Shown here in pieces: positions 14,441 to 27,320 of a DNA stretch of 64,000 nucleotides. The number at the start of each line of letters is the position of its first letter. The first letter of the stretch is position 1. The notes below the pieces were generated by a model, which saw nothing but the letters and a program-made list of their open reading frames with translations, was not told the DNA's origin and did not search any database. The DNA lies in NCBI RefSeq assembly GCF_056746865.1, contig NZ_CM163382.1. One strand, given 5' to 3'. Both the position numbers and the translations under genes were made by a program.

Positions 14441-14989
14441 TCACTGATCAAGCAAATCTGCACGCGCAGCGCTCAAATATTGCAACATTGACCACAGAGT
14501 CAGTACCGCAGCCACAAAGAAAAGTGCAATACCGGCGTACTCAACCCAAATGTTCGGACGCCACAGCAGCCAGGCCAACGCCACCATCTGGGCAGTGGTT
14601 TTCACTTTCCCAATCCAGGAGACAGCCACGCTACTGCGTTTACCCAACTCCGCCATCCATTCGCGTAGCGCAGAAATAATAATTTCACGGGCGATCATCG
14701 TTGCCGCCGGTAAGGTCACCCACCAGCTGTGATAATGCTCGGTTACCAGCACCATGGCGATAGCCACGAGAACTTTATCTGCTACAGGGTCAAGGAAAGC
14801 ACCAAACCGGGTACTCTGGTTCCAGCGGCGTGCCAGAAAACCATCGAACCAGTCAGTTACCGCCGCGACGCAGAAAATGAGCGCGGCGGCAAACGGCGAC
14901 CAGGTGACAGGCAGATAAAAGACCAATACAAAGAATGGGATAAGGATGACACGGAACAGTGTAAGCAACGTAGGGATATTAAATTGCAT
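14441..14989 (-). CDS. pgsA: CDP-diacylglycerol--glycerol-3-phosphate 3-phosphatidyltransferase
   Basis: 182 aa ORF with CDP-alcohol phosphatidyltransferase motif ([10 protein letters not shown]...DPVADK). Confidence 0.95.
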
Positions 14990-15045
14990 AATGACGGGTA
15001 ACTATCTGTTGTCAGTAAGATTACCCCTATGTTGCTACAGAGACA

Positions 15046-16878
15046 TCAATGTTTCAACGACCAGAAGATCTTTTCTGCCAGACCTTGCGAAATACCCGGC
15101 ACTTTTGCAATTTCCTCGACGCTGGCGTTACGTAAACCTTGCAAACCGCCCATATATTTCAACAACATTTGCCGGCGTTTTGGCCCGACGCCTTCAATGG
15201 TTTCCAGGGAACTGGTATTTTTGACCTTCGCCCGTTTTTTACGGTGCCCGCCAATCGCGTGATCGTGTGATTCATCGCGAATATGCTGGATAACATGCAG
15301 CGCGGGAGAATCTGGCGGCAAACTGAATCCCTCACCTTCCGGCTCAAAGAACAGCGTTTCCAGCCCAGCCTTACGATCTACTCCTTTGGCAACGCCAAGT
15401 AGCAGCGGATGATTTTTATCCCATGAGACATCCAGTTCGGCGAAGACATTTTTCGCCTGCGCAAGCTGGCCTTTGCCGCCGTCGATAAGTATCACATCCG
15501 GGATCTTACTGTCGTCGATGGCTTTACCATAACGCCGACGCAGCACCTGATTCATCGCCGCATAATCATCGCCCGGCGTGATGCCAGTAATGTTATAGCG
15601 CCGATACTCCGCACGCAGCGGGCCGTTAGCATCAAACACCACACAGGAAGCGACGGTTTGTTCACCCATGGTATGGCTGATGTCAAAGCACTCCATCCGC
15701 TTCACTTCCGGCAATTTCAACACACTGGCAAGTGCTGTAAGCCGCTGGTGAACGGTAGATTGCTGCGAAAGTTTGCTGGTTAAGGCCGTCGCCGCATTGG
15801 TGCGCGCGAGTTTCAGATAACGCGCCCGATCGCCGCGAGGTTTGGTTTGAACATTAATCTTGCGTCCCGCCAGTTCTGAAAGGGAATCGGCGAGCAGCGT
15901 TTTATCGCTAAGATTAAAATCGAGCAGGATCTCACCCGGTAAGGTGCGCATCTGGCTGCCTTGTAAATAGAACTGACCTACGAAGGTTTCTACCACCTCG
16001 CTCAGTTCCGTACCGCCAGGCACTTTCGGGAAATAGCTGCGGCTGCCGAGCACTTTGCCCTGACGAATGAACAATACGTGGACACAAGCCATGCCCGCAT
16101 CGAACGCCACACCAATAACGTCGAGGTCGTCGCCGGTATTGGAAACGAATTGTTTTTCGGTGACGCGTCGCACCGCCTGAATTTGGTCGCGAATACGTGC
16201 CGCTTCTTCAAACTCCAGATTCTGGCTGGCAGTTTCCATACGACTAATGAGTTGCGTAAGCACCTGATCATCTTTGCCAGACAAAAACAGGCGCACATAC
16301 TCGACCTGCTGAGCGTATTCTTCTTCACTCACCAGTCCTTCAACGCACGGTCCCAGACAGCGCCCTATCTGATATTGCAGACACGGACGCGAGCGATTGC
16401 GATAAACACTATTTTCGCACTGGCGAATGGGGAAAATCTTTTGCAGTAGCGCCAGTGTTTCACGTACGGCATAGCCATTCGGGAACGGGCCGAAATATTC
16501 ACCTTTGGCATGCTTCGCACCACGATGCATCGCCAGACGCGGGTGGGTATCGCCACTCAGGAAGATAAAAGGATAAGATTTATCATCGCGTAGCAAAACG
16601 TTGTAACGCGGCTGATAGAGTTTGATGTAGTTGTGTTCCAGCAACAGCGCTTCGGTTTCTGTATGAGTAACCGTTACATCAATTTGCTGGATCTGGGCGA
16701 CCAGCGCTTCGGTTTTGCGCGAAGCGAGGTTGCTACGGAAATAGCTGGAAAGCCGTTTTTTCAGGTCTTTCGCTTTGCCGACATAGATAACCGTACCACC
16801 AGCATCGTACATGCGATAAACGCCTGGCTGGCTGGTTACGGTTTTTAAAAACGCTTTTGCGTCAAACTGATCACTCAC
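15046..16878 (-). CDS. uvrC: Excinuclease ABC subunit C
   Basis: 610 aa [46 protein letters not shown] (GIY-YIG N-terminal domain). Confidence 0.97.
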   Translation of the reverse strand: MSDQFDAKAFLKTVTSQPGVYRMYDAGGTVIYVGKAKDLKKRLSSYFRSNLASRKTEALVAQIQQIDVTVTHTETEALLLEHNYIKLYQPRYNVLLRDDKSYPFIFLSGDTHPRLAMHRGAKHAKGEYFGPFPNGYAVRETLALLQKIFPIRQCENSVYRNRSRPCLQYQIGRCLGPCVEGLVSEEEYAQQVEYVRLFLSGKDDQVLTQLISRMETASQNLEFEEAARIRDQIQAVRRVTEKQFVSNTGDDLDVIGVAFDAGMACVHVLFIRQGKVLGSRSYFPKVPGGTELSEVVETFVGQFYLQGSQMRTLPGEILLDFNLSDKTLLADSLSELAGRKINVQTKPRGDRARYLKLARTNAATALTSKLSQQSTVHQRLTALASVLKLPEVKRMECFDISHTMGEQTVASCVVFDANGPLRAEYRRYNITGITPGDDYAAMNQVLRRRYGKAIDDSKIPDVILIDGGKGQLAQAKNVFAELDVSWDKNHPLLLGVAKGVDRKAGLETLFFEPEGEGFSLPPDSPALHVIQHIRDESHDHAIGGHRKKRAKVKNTSSLETIEGVGPKRRQMLLKYMGGLQGLRNASVEEIAKVPGISQGLAEKIFWSLKH

Positions 16879-17531
16879 TGACTTGATAATGTCTCCGCAT
16901 TACACAGACCATGGCGAATTGCCAGGTGAGTCAGCTCAACATCGCCATGAATGTTTAGTTTACTGAACATACGATAGCGGTAGCTGTTCACCGTTTTCGG
17001 ACTGAGATTGAGCTGTTCTGAGATCTCATTGACCTTCTGGCCCTTGGTGATCATCAGCATAATCTGCAATTCACGTTCAGACAAACTGGCAAATGGGCTT
17101 TCTGTTTTTTCTGGTTCGATCTGGCTTAACGCCATTTGTTGAGCGATGTCAGAAGCAATGTAACGCTGCCCTGAATAGACAGAACGAATCGCACTCACGA
17201 CTTCCTGCGGAGCCGCGCCTTTGCTGAGGTAGCCCGCAGCACCGGCCTGCATGACTTTCGCTGGTAAAGGGTTTTCTGTATGGACGGTAAGCATGATGAT
17301 TTTGACATCAGCTGTGGAACGCGCGATTTTACGCGTCGCCTCAAGACCGCCAATGCCCGGCATACTCATGTCCATTAGCACCACGTCAACGGCATTTGCC
17401 CGACACCACTTAACGGCGTCTTCACCGCACGATGCCTCACCGACGACTTTTATACCCTTTATATCTTCCAGAATGCGTCGTATCCCTGCGCGCACCAGTT
17501 CGTGGTCATCAACAAGTAGAACGTTGATCAA
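16875..17531 (-). CDS. uvrY: Response regulator UvrY (partner of BarA)
   Basis: 218 aa [22 protein letters not shown]..., receiver plus LuxR-type HTH; 4 bp overlap with uvrC. Confidence 0.95.
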   Translation of the reverse strand: MINVLLVDDHELVRAGIRRILEDIKGIKVVGEASCGEDAVKWCRANAVDVVLMDMSMPGIGGLEATRKIARSTADVKIIMLTVHTENPLPAKVMQAGAAGYLSKGAAPQEVVSAIRSVYSGQRYIASDIAQQMALSQIEPEKTESPFASLSERELQIMLMITKGQKVNEISEQLNLSPKTVNSYRYRMFSKLNIHGDVELTHLAIRHGLCNAETLSSQ

Positions 17532-17989
17532 AGGAATATCTCCAGAAATAGGGATAACGCTACTGATAGTTAGTCATTCGTATATTAGCGGTTTTTATTG
17601 CAACTTTGAAACGTTAAAAATGGTGGGTATTCGATTTTTCTCTCGTTTTTGTCAATTCGATTGTCCACAGTTATGGTCACGCCCGTCACCAACGGCTTAC
17701 CGGATCGTTTCACAGTAAGCCCTGCGACGAAATGTGACAAAAATTACCTTTATTCAGCAAAAATGAAAATCAGCCCGCTGAATATGTAACATTAATTAAC
17801 CCGAACAATACGGGCAAAAAACATTCATGATAAAAATATTTATTGGTCATTATATTAACGCATTTAATAGCACCGTTGACGATACGCTCAAAAAACAACC
17901 ACTGCTATTTTTAGCAAAGCTTATGGTATACTCCGCCGCCTTAACATTTTTCACCGCAAATTTTCATTGCAACATGACGAGGAAAATAA

Positions 17990-18214
17990 ATGAGTACGCC
18001 TGATTTTTCTACTGCCGAGAATAATCAAGAACTGGCAAATGAAGTCTCCTGCCTGAAAGCGATGCTGACGCTGATGCTGCAGGCGATGGGACAAGCTGAC
18101 GCGGGCCGCGTGATGTTAAAGATGGAAAAACAGCTTGCGCTGATCGAAGACGAAACCCAGGCTGCAGTATTTTCCAAAACGGTTAAGCAAATTAAACAAG
18201 CCTACCGTCAGTAA
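17990..18214 (+). CDS. yecF: Uncharacterized protein YecF
   Basis: 74 aa [28 protein letters not shown]... Confidence 0.85.
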
Positions 18215-18281
18215 TATAAAACCGGCTGATAGCGTGCCTTTCAGCCGGTTTTTGCATCTGGCACGCAGGACAGAAAAGAGA

Positions 18282-19004
18282 TCAAATTAAGCCAGTAGCG
18301 GCCGCGTAACAGGCAACCTGGGTCTTATTCGGTGCATTGATTTTTTTCTGCATGTTTTTCTGATGGAAATTGACCGTATTCTCAGAGATTGACAAAATCA
18401 TCGCTATCTCTGCTGATGTCTTCCCTTCCGCCGTCCATTTCAAAATTTCTTTTTCGCGCTTGCTGAAATTCATCTCTGGCGTCATCACTATTTCATCATT
18501 TAAACGCATCAGAGCCATCAGACTTTCGCGCACCAGTAACTGCATTTTTAATTGCAGTTCATCACTAAGAATGGGTATTTCGCGCGCGCTGCTACGGGAA
18601 AAGGACAAAAAGCCCAGCGCCCGGTTTGGCAGCATTAAATACTGAGTGACACCGCGGCGTAAACCATGTGCGCGCGCGGCTTCCCATAACGGCTGTGCTT
18701 CGCTGAATAAGTCATCATTCCACATTAAATGGCCCTGACTAAAGTTTTCAGGGTTCAGCACCGGATCAATTGCGAGAAAGTTTTTTGCCTGATAATAACT
18801 AACCCACGCCTCAGGGTAATTGGTGTAGAAAGCCACTTTAGGTCGCGTGAATGGTACCGGGTGGCGAACACATAACGAATAGTAATCGTACTCCAGCTGC
18901 TGAGCCTGAAGCTCTATTTCATGGTAGACCTCTTCTGCGGCCTCCATCCTCTGAAAACGCAACAGCATCGTGCGACGCCAGCTGAAAAAATCCGTATCCT
19001 GCAT
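18282..19004 (-). CDS. sdiA: LuxR-family transcriptional regulator SdiA
   Basis: ORF 18282-19016; start trimmed to MQDTDFFSWRRTMLLRFQRMEAAEEVYHE (240 aa). Confidence 0.93.
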   Translation of the reverse strand: MQDTDFFSWRRTMLLRFQRMEAAEEVYHEIELQAQQLEYDYYSLCVRHPVPFTRPKVAFYTNYPEAWVSYYQAKNFLAIDPVLNPENFSQGHLMWNDDLFSEAQPLWEAARAHGLRRGVTQYLMLPNRALGFLSFSRSSAREIPILSDELQLKMQLLVRESLMALMRLNDEIVMTPEMNFSKREKEILKWTAEGKTSAEIAMILSISENTVNFHQKNMQKKINAPNKTQVACYAAATGLI

Positions 19005-19233
19005 AGTAAACCGCAACGCCCCTGAGAGTGAGTATCATTTATAATGATAATTCAAACTATCACATAAATAAGATTTATATATAATTTATATTATTCAGGC
19101 AATGAATTACTTTTGCAAGCCATCGCATTCTCTTATGTTATTAATGAGTTATGCTGATTTGTTAAGCTGTTTTATCACGCTTGAAATGGCGTCCCGCCCC
19201 GACAGGTGAATCGTCGGGGCTGATTTTTTCTTA

Positions 19234-19986
19234 TTATTGCAGCAGAAACTTCTCGAGGAACTGGCGGGTGCGAGGCTGCTGGGGATCGGCAAATAACGCT
19301 TTTGCTGCCCCCTGCTCGACTATCCGCCCCTGGTCCATAAAAATCGCCCGGTCCGCAACATCCCGGGCAAAGCTCATTTCGTGCGTCACAATCACCATCG
19401 TGCGCTTTTCCTGCGCCAGCTGACGGATGGTGTTCAGGACTTCGCCCACCAGCTCTGGATCCAGCGCCGACGTTGGCTCGTCAAACAAAATCACCTCAGG
19501 ACGCATTGCCAGCGCACGTGCAATCGCAACACGTTGCTGTTGACCGCCAGACAAACGACGTGGATAGCTGGTTTCTTTACCGGCCAGCCCAACTTTCGCC
19601 AACAGCTCGCGAGCGCGCGCCGTGGCCTCTTCTTTCGGTTCGCCTTTGACGATCACCGGCCCTTCAATAATGTTTTCCAGCACCGTACGATGCGGAAACA
19701 AATTAAAGTTCTGGAAGACAAACCCGACGTGCTGACGCAACTGGCGAATCAGCGATTTTTGCTGACTTAATGAACGTGCAGTATCAATAGTGATATCGCC
19801 AACGGTGATAGTTCCCGCTTCCGGTTGTTCCAGCAGATTTATGCTGCGTAGCAACGTGGTTTTGCCGGAACCACTCGGACCGATAATTGCCACCACTTCG
19901 CCAGGCTTTACCTCAAGGTCGATACCGTGCAGCACCGTCTGACCGTGAAATTTTTTCACCAGGTTCTTAACTTCAATGGCACTCAT
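19234..19986 (-). CDS. tcyN: Cystine ABC transporter ATP-binding protein
   Basis: 250 aa ABC ATPase, Walker A GPSGSGKTT, signature LSGGQQQRVAIARAL. Confidence 0.92.
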   Translation of the reverse strand: MSAIEVKNLVKKFHGQTVLHGIDLEVKPGEVVAIIGPSGSGKTTLLRSINLLEQPEAGTITVGDITIDTARSLSQQKSLIRQLRQHVGFVFQNFNLFPHRTVLENIIEGPVIVKGEPKEEATARARELLAKVGLAGKETSYPRRLSGGQQQRVAIARALAMRPEVILFDEPTSALDPELVGEVLNTIRQLAQEKRTMVIVTHEMSFARDVADRAIFMDQGRIVEQGAAKALFADPQQPRTRQFLEKFLLQ

Positions 19987-20651
19987 TTTGGTTCTCTCTC
20001 CTGGCGATTAAGTTGATTCTCAAAATGGTTCTGCAACGTCGATAATACTGTCGCCATGATCCAGTAGATGAGCGAAGCCGCCAGGTACATGGTGAACACC
20101 TCCAGCGTGCGCGAGGTAATCAACTGCGCCTGACGGAACAGCTCCGGCACCTGGATTGTCGCGGCCAGCGACGTATCTTTTACCAGGCTGATAAAGCTGT
20201 TCGACAGCGGCGGCAACGCCACCCGCGCCGCCTGTGGCAAAATCGCGCGACGCATGGTCTGCCACGGCGTCATACCAATACTGGCAGCTGCTTCCCACTG
20301 ACCTTTATCAATAGAAGAAATGGCGGCGCGAAGCGTTTCGGCAGCATAGGCGGCAGTGTTGAGCGACAGACCAATCATTGCTGACGGAATGGGATCTAAT
20401 TCGATACCAAACTGCGGCAGGCCGTAATAAATCATAAACAGTTGTGCGATGAGCGGCGTACCACGAAAAATAGAGATATAAAAACGCGCCAGCCAGCGCA
20501 CGGGCCAGATCGGCGACAGGCGCATCAGCGCGAGAATAAACCCGAGCAGTAAGCCAAAAAACATGCCGCCGATACTGAGTTGCAGCGTATACCCAGCACC
20601 TTTCAGCAGGAACGGCAAGGAATCAATAACCAGTTGTATACTTTCTTGCAT
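19983..20651 (-). CDS. tcyL: Cystine ABC transporter permease
   Basis: 222 aa polar amino-acid ABC permease; 4 bp overlap with tcyN. Confidence 0.92.
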   Translation of the reverse strand: MQESIQLVIDSLPFLLKGAGYTLQLSIGGMFFGLLLGFILALMRLSPIWPVRWLARFYISIFRGTPLIAQLFMIYYGLPQFGIELDPIPSAMIGLSLNTAAYAAETLRAAISSIDKGQWEAAASIGMTPWQTMRRAILPQAARVALPPLSNSFISLVKDTSLAATIQVPELFRQAQLITSRTLEVFTMYLAASLIYWIMATVLSTLQNHFENQLNRQEREPK

Positions 20652-20665
20652 GAGCGTTTCCGGAG

Positions 20666-22557
<1,892 letters not shown>

Positions 22558-22644
22558 ATTCACCCCGAATGTTGTTATGTCTGTTTGCAGTGTAGAGCCA
22601 TTGTTTGTAAACACAAAAACAACTCCGCTACATCTTATTCTTAT

Positions 22645-23196
22645 TTAATATATATCAGAAGCAGGCAGGCTGGAGGATTTCTGCACAAGTCCGGTACAGG
22701 TTTGGCGCTGATAGTGTTGATACTTCCGTAATGCGATGCGGTAATTGTTGGTGCTGGTGGTGGGCAGCCACGGGGCGAGGATTTCATCAAGGAAACCGTC
22801 CTGCAGCTGATCGAGGGAAATATTTTGCTCGTGTAGATGATTACCCAAACGGCGCAGACGAACGACATATTCACGCACCGTACCTGGGCTCATTTCAGTT
22901 TGCTCAAAAAGAAATTGCTTAAAGCCGATAATATCGAAAAAATCACTCTGCGTTTTGCAGTGTAAATCACCGCAAAATCGGCACAATGCCGCCCATGACT
23001 GTTGTTCCACTTGCCAGCCATTTTCATCAAGCAGCGTGTCCAGGCGGGTAATCTCGATTTTATTCACTATTTTGCCGTCGCGAACTAAGGTAATGCGATC
23101 GAGTAATTTACGGCAATGCGCGCAATGGGTCTGGCTGTGTTTAAAGTCTTTAAGATAGCGGCTTAATGGCCGTCTTTTCAGGTGCTGCACCATCAT
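22645..23196 (-). CDS. fliZ: Flagellar regulatory protein FliZ
   Basis: ORF 22645-23232; start trimmed to MMVQHLKRRPLSRYLKDFKHSQTHCAHCRKLL (183 aa). Confidence 0.9.
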   Translation of the reverse strand: MMVQHLKRRPLSRYLKDFKHSQTHCAHCRKLLDRITLVRDGKIVNKIEITRLDTLLDENGWQVEQQSWAALCRFCGDLHCKTQSDFFDIIGFKQFLFEQTEMSPGTVREYVVRLRRLGNHLHEQNISLDQLQDGFLDEILAPWLPTTSTNNYRIALRKYQHYQRQTCTGLVQKSSSLPASDIY

Positions 23197-23241
23197 TAAG
23201 AACTCCTGGTAGTCAAAGTTAAAATGCGGCATTTACTGACG

Positions 23242-23961
23242 TTATAACTTACCCAGTTTAGTGCGTAACCGTTTAATGGCCTGGCTGTGTAACTGACTGA
23301 CCCGCGATTCCCCGACCTCCAGCACTGCACCAATCTCTTTGAGATTCAGCTCTTCCTGGTAATAGAGGGTTAATACCAGTTTTTCGCGCTCCGGCAACAT
23401 TTCGATGGCTTCCATCACCCGCTGGCGCAGATTACTGTCCAGCAGTTGTTGTAGCGGGTTTTCTCGCTGATGATCATCAGTAACCAGTTCGATGCTATCG
23501 CCGTGCTCTTCGCGCCACTCATCGTAGGAGAAGAGCTGGCTGTTATTGGTGTCGAGCAACATTTGGCGATAATCGGCTATATCGATCCCTAAACGTTCCG
23601 CTACCTCAGTTTCCGTGGCGTTGCGGCCAAGTTCCTGCTCCAGTTGCCCTATTGCCTGTGCCACTTCACGCGCGTTGCGTCGCACGCTGCGCGGCACCCA
23701 GTCACGGCTGCGAAGTTCATCCAGCATAGCGCCACGGATACGCTGCACTGCGTAAGTTGTAAATGCCGTTCCTTGTAGGGCGTCATAGCGTTCGACGGCA
23801 TTAAGTAACCCAATGCCGCCCGCCTGTAGCAGATCGTCAAGTTCCACGCTCGCGGGCAGTCGAACCTGCAGGCGCAATGCTTCGTGACGCACCAGCGGGA
23901 CATAACGCTGCCACAGCGAGTGTTTATCCATTACACCTTCAGCGGTATAGAGTGAATTCAC
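23242..23961 (-). CDS. fliA: Flagellar sigma factor sigma28 (FliA)
   Basis: 239 aa ORF MNSLYTAEGVMDKHSLWQRYVPLVRHEALRL... Confidence 0.96.
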   Translation of the reverse strand: MNSLYTAEGVMDKHSLWQRYVPLVRHEALRLQVRLPASVELDDLLQAGGIGLLNAVERYDALQGTAFTTYAVQRIRGAMLDELRSRDWVPRSVRRNAREVAQAIGQLEQELGRNATETEVAERLGIDIADYRQMLLDTNNSQLFSYDEWREEHGDSIELVTDDHQRENPLQQLLDSNLRQRVMEAIEMLPEREKLVLTLYYQEELNLKEIGAVLEVGESRVSQLHSQAIKRLRTKLGKL

Positions 23962-24083
23962 GATAAACAGCCCTGCGTTATATGAGTTATCGGCATGATT
24001 ATCCGTTTCTGCAGGGTTTTTAATCGGACGATTAGTGGGTGAAATGAGGGGTTATTTGGGGGTTACCGGTAAATTTCATGCAG

Positions 24084-24106
24084 AAAAAACCCCGCCGGTG
24101 GCGGGG
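24084..24106 (-). terminator. Rho-independent terminator about 175 nt downstream of the fliC stop
   Basis: Minus strand reads gcttccccgccaccggcggggtttttt (hairpin plus U-run). Confidence 0.6.
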
Positions 24107-24138
24107 AAGCACCTTGCTGACAAATTGCGCTTTATGTT

Positions 24139-24238
24139 GCCGGATGCGGCGTAAACGCCTTATCTGGCCTACAAAAATGTGCAAATTCAATAAATTGCAA
24201 TTCAACTTGTAGGCCTGATAAGCGCAGCGCATCAGGCA
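24139..24238. repeat. Pair of inverted REP elements (BIME) in the fliC 3' region
   Basis: gccggatgcggcgtaaacgccttatctggcctac and gtaggcctgataagcgcagcgcatcaggca are classic REP palindromes in opposite orientation. Confidence 0.75.
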
Positions 24239-24280
24239 ATTTGGCGTTGCCGTCAGTCTCAGTTAATCAGGTTACAACGA

Positions 24281-25624
24281 TTAACCCTGCAGCAGAGACA
24301 GAACCTGCTGCGGTACCTGGTTAGCTTTAGACAGCACAGAGTTACCCGCCTGCTGGATGATCTGCGCTTTCGACATGTTGGACACTTCGGTCGCATAGTC
24401 GGCGTCCTGAATACGGGACTGCGCTTCAGACAGGTTGGTGGTGGTGTTATTCAGGTTGGTGACCGCAGAATCCAGACGGTTTTGTACGGCACCGAGGGAG
24501 GAGCGGAAAGTATCAACTTGCGAGATAGCTTTGTCTAAAAGTGCCAGCGGATCGTTGGTTGCAGTACCAGAAAATGTTGCTGTTGCCGCTGTTTTTACAG
24601 AACCATCAACATCGAGTTCATCGGTAAGTTGGATTTTTGTGTCTTCATTTGTTGCAGCGTCACCACCGTTTTCAATTGCATCCTTACCGTCTGCACCAGC
24701 AAGGTAATCTTTGCCTTGAATAGTAACATAGCCAACAGCCGCGCCAGCACTATTCGTCGTGACCTTGATAGGCTGACCTGTCTGTGTTGCTGTGGTAACA
24801 CCGTTCGCAGGATCAGTGAAAGTAACATTGGTGGTATTAAGCGTAACAACGCCACCAGCATTAACGGAAGCCGAATAGAAGTCATTACCAGATTGAACAA
24901 CATAGGTTCCTGTCGCTTTACCATCCGCGCTTTGTACGTTATGTAGGGACAAGCCTGATGTATCACTTATTCCCAATGTTTTAGCCATTGCGGCAGCAGC
25001 GGTATCGTTCGCACCAAATTTAACCGTAACCGGGGCATCGCCAGCATTAGCACCAGGAACTGTAGTTATCGCATCGCTAACTTTTAATGCGTTCCCTGAT
25101 ACCGAGAAACCTTTCAATCCCAGCGTTGAAGAATCAATTTTCTGCAAATCGATAGAGATGGTCTGCCCGTCATTCGCGCCAACCTGAATCTTCATCGAAC
25201 CGTCTTTCGCCAGCACGTTCACGCCGTTGAACTGGGTCTGACCGGAAACGCGGTCAATTTCGTCGAGACGGGATTTGATTTCGTCCTGAATGGAGTCCAG
25301 ATCCGAATCAGAGTTAGTCCCGGTAGAAGCCTGAACCGTCAGTTCACGAATACGCTGTAAGTTGTTGTTGATTTCGGACAGCGCGCCTTCAGTGGTCTGT
25401 GCAACAGAAATACCGTCGTTGGCGTTACGTGCAGCCTGAGTCAGGCCTTTAATGTTAGAAGTAAAACGGTTAGCAATCGCCTGACCTGCGGCGTCATCCT
25501 TCGCGCTGTTAATACGCAAGCCAGAAGACAGACGCTCGATAGAACTCGACAGCGCAGACTGGTTCTTGTTGATATTATTTTGAGTGATCAGCGAGAGGCT
25601 GTTGGTATTAATGACTTGTGCCAT
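24281..25624 (-). CDS. fliC: Flagellin, non-K-12 H-antigen allele (447 aa)
   Basis: Conserved N-terminus MAQVINTNSLSLITQNNINKNQSALSSSIERLSSGLRINSAKDDAAGQAIANRF and C-terminus ...QVPQQVLSLLQG; central region differs from the 498 aa K-12 flagellin. Confidence 0.95.
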   Translation of the reverse strand: MAQVINTNSLSLITQNNINKNQSALSSSIERLSSGLRINSAKDDAAGQAIANRFTSNIKGLTQAARNANDGISVAQTTEGALSEINNNLQRIRELTVQASTGTNSDSDLDSIQDEIKSRLDEIDRVSGQTQFNGVNVLAKDGSMKIQVGANDGQTISIDLQKIDSSTLGLKGFSVSGNALKVSDAITTVPGANAGDAPVTVKFGANDTAAAAMAKTLGISDTSGLSLHNVQSADGKATGTYVVQSGNDFYSASVNAGGVVTLNTTNVTFTDPANGVTTATQTGQPIKVTTNSAGAAVGYVTIQGKDYLAGADGKDAIENGGDAATNEDTKIQLTDELDVDGSVKTAATATFSGTATNDPLALLDKAISQVDTFRSSLGAVQNRLDSAVTNLNNTTTNLSEAQSRIQDADYATEVSNMSKAQIIQQAGNSVLSKANQVPQQVLSLLQG

Positions 25625-25700
25625 GATTCGTTATCCTATATTGCAAGTCGTTGATTACGTATTGGGTTTCCACCCGTCGGCTCAATCGCCGTCAACCCTG

Positions 25701-25727
25701 TTATCGTCTGTCGTAAAACAACCTTTA
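25701..25727 (-). promoter_or_regulatory. sigma28 class 3 promoter of fliC
   Basis: Minus strand reads TAAAGGTT, 11 nt spacer, GACGATAA. Confidence 0.75.
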
Positions 25728-25819
25728 GAATTTTTTTCACAAACAGCCATTTTTTGTTAGTCGCCGAAATACTCTTTTCTCTGCCCCTTATTCCCGCTAT
25801 TAAAAAAAACAATTAAACG

Positions 25820-25846
25820 TAAACTTTGCGCAATTCAGGCCGATAA
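25820..25846 (+). promoter_or_regulatory. sigma28 promoter of fliDST
   Basis: TAAACTTT, 11 nt spacer, GCCGATAA, about 45 nt upstream of the fliD start. Confidence 0.75.
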
Positions 25847-25889
25847 CCCCGGTATTCGTTTTACGTGTCGAAAGATAAAAGGAAATCGC

Positions 25890-27296
25890 ATGGCAAGTAT
25901 TTCATCGCTGGGAGTCGGGTCAGGTCTGGATTTAAGTTCAATCCTTGATAGCCTCACCGCCGCGCAAAAAGCGACGCTAACCCCTATTTCAAATCAGCAA
26001 TCGTCGTTTACCGCTAAACTTAGCGCCTACGGTACGCTGAAAAGCGCGCTGACGACTTTCCAGACCGCCAATACTGCATTGTCTAAAGCCGATCTTTTTT
26101 CCGCCACCAGCACTACCAGCAGCACCACCGCGTTCAGTGCCACCACCGCGGGTAACGCCATCGCCGGGAAATACACCATCAGTGTCACCCATCTGGCGCA
26201 GGCGCAAACCCTGACCACGCGCACCACCAGAGACGATACGAAAACGGCGATCGCCACCAGCGACAGTAAACTCACCATTCAACAAGGCGGCGACAAAGAT
26301 CCGATTACCATTGATATCAGCGCGGCTAACTCGTCGTTAAGCGGGATCCGTGATGCCATCAACAATGCAAAAGCAGGCGTAAGCGCAAGCATCATTAACG
26401 TGGGTAACGGTGAATATCGTCTGTCAGTCACATCAAATGACACCGGCCTTGATAATGCGATGACACTCTCGGTCAGCGGTGATGATGCGCTACAAAGTTT
26501 TATGGGCTATGACGCCAGTGCCAGCAGCAACGGTATGGAAGTCTCGGTCGCCGCCCAGAATGCGCAGCTGACGGTCAACAACGTCGCCATTGAGAACAGC
26601 AGCAACACCATCAGCGACGCGCTGGAAAACATCACCCTGAACCTGAACGATGTCACCACGGGCAACCAGACGCTAACCATCACTCAGGACACCTCCAAAG
26701 CGCAAACAGCGATTAAAGACTGGGTGAATGCTTATAACTCGCTAATAGATACCTTCAGCAGCCTGACCAAATACACCGCCGTAGATGCGGGAGCTGATAG
26801 CCAGAGTTCTAGCAATGGCGCACTGCTCGGCGACTCCACGTTGCGGACGATTCAGACGCAGTTGAAGTCGATGCTGAGTAATACCGTCAGTTCTTCCAAC
26901 TATAAAACGCTGGCGCAGATTGGTATCACGACCGATCCCAGCGATGGCAAACTGGAACTGGATGCCGACAAACTCACCGCTGCACTGAAAAAAGATGCCA
27001 GCGGCGTAGGTGCATTGATTGTTGGCGATGGTAAAAAAACCGGCATCACGACCACCATCGGCAGCAACCTGACCAGTTGGCTTTCGACAACGGGCATTAT
27101 TAAAGCCGCTACCGATGGCGTTAGTAAGACCCTGAATAAATTAACTAAAGACTACAACGCCGCCAGCGATCGCATTGATGCGCAGGTCGCGCGCTATAAA
27201 GAACAATTTACCCAACTGGACGTTTTAATGACCTCGTTAAACAGCACCAGCAGCTACTTAACGCAGCAGTTCGAAAACAACAGTAATTCCAAGTAA
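25890..27296 (+). CDS. fliD: Flagellar filament capping protein
   Basis: 468 aa ORF MASISSLGVGSGLDLSSILDSLTAAQKATLTPISNQQ... Confidence 0.95.
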   Translation: MASISSLGVGSGLDLSSILDSLTAAQKATLTPISNQQSSFTAKLSAYGTLKSALTTFQTANTALSKADLFSATSTTSSTTAFSATTAGNAIAGKYTISVTHLAQAQTLTTRTTRDDTKTAIATSDSKLTIQQGGDKDPITIDISAANSSLSGIRDAINNAKAGVSASIINVGNGEYRLSVTSNDTGLDNAMTLSVSGDDALQSFMGYDASASSNGMEVSVAAQNAQLTVNNVAIENSSNTISDALENITLNLNDVTTGNQTLTITQDTSKAQTAIKDWVNAYNSLIDTFSSLTKYTAVDAGADSQSSSNGALLGDSTLRTIQTQLKSMLSNTVSSSNYKTLAQIGITTDPSDGKLELDADKLTAALKKDASGVGALIVGDGKKTGITTTIGSNLTSWLSTTGIIKAATDGVSKTLNKLTKDYNAASDRIDAQVARYKEQFTQLDVLMTSLNSTSSYLTQQFENNSNSK

Positions 27297-27320
27297 TCAA
27301 TATTCATCGGGAGACAGGTC

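Noticed and set aside
26027-26278. 83-98 aa minus-strand ORFs inside fliD
   Set aside because: Antisense frames within the fliD coding sequence; low-complexity translation.
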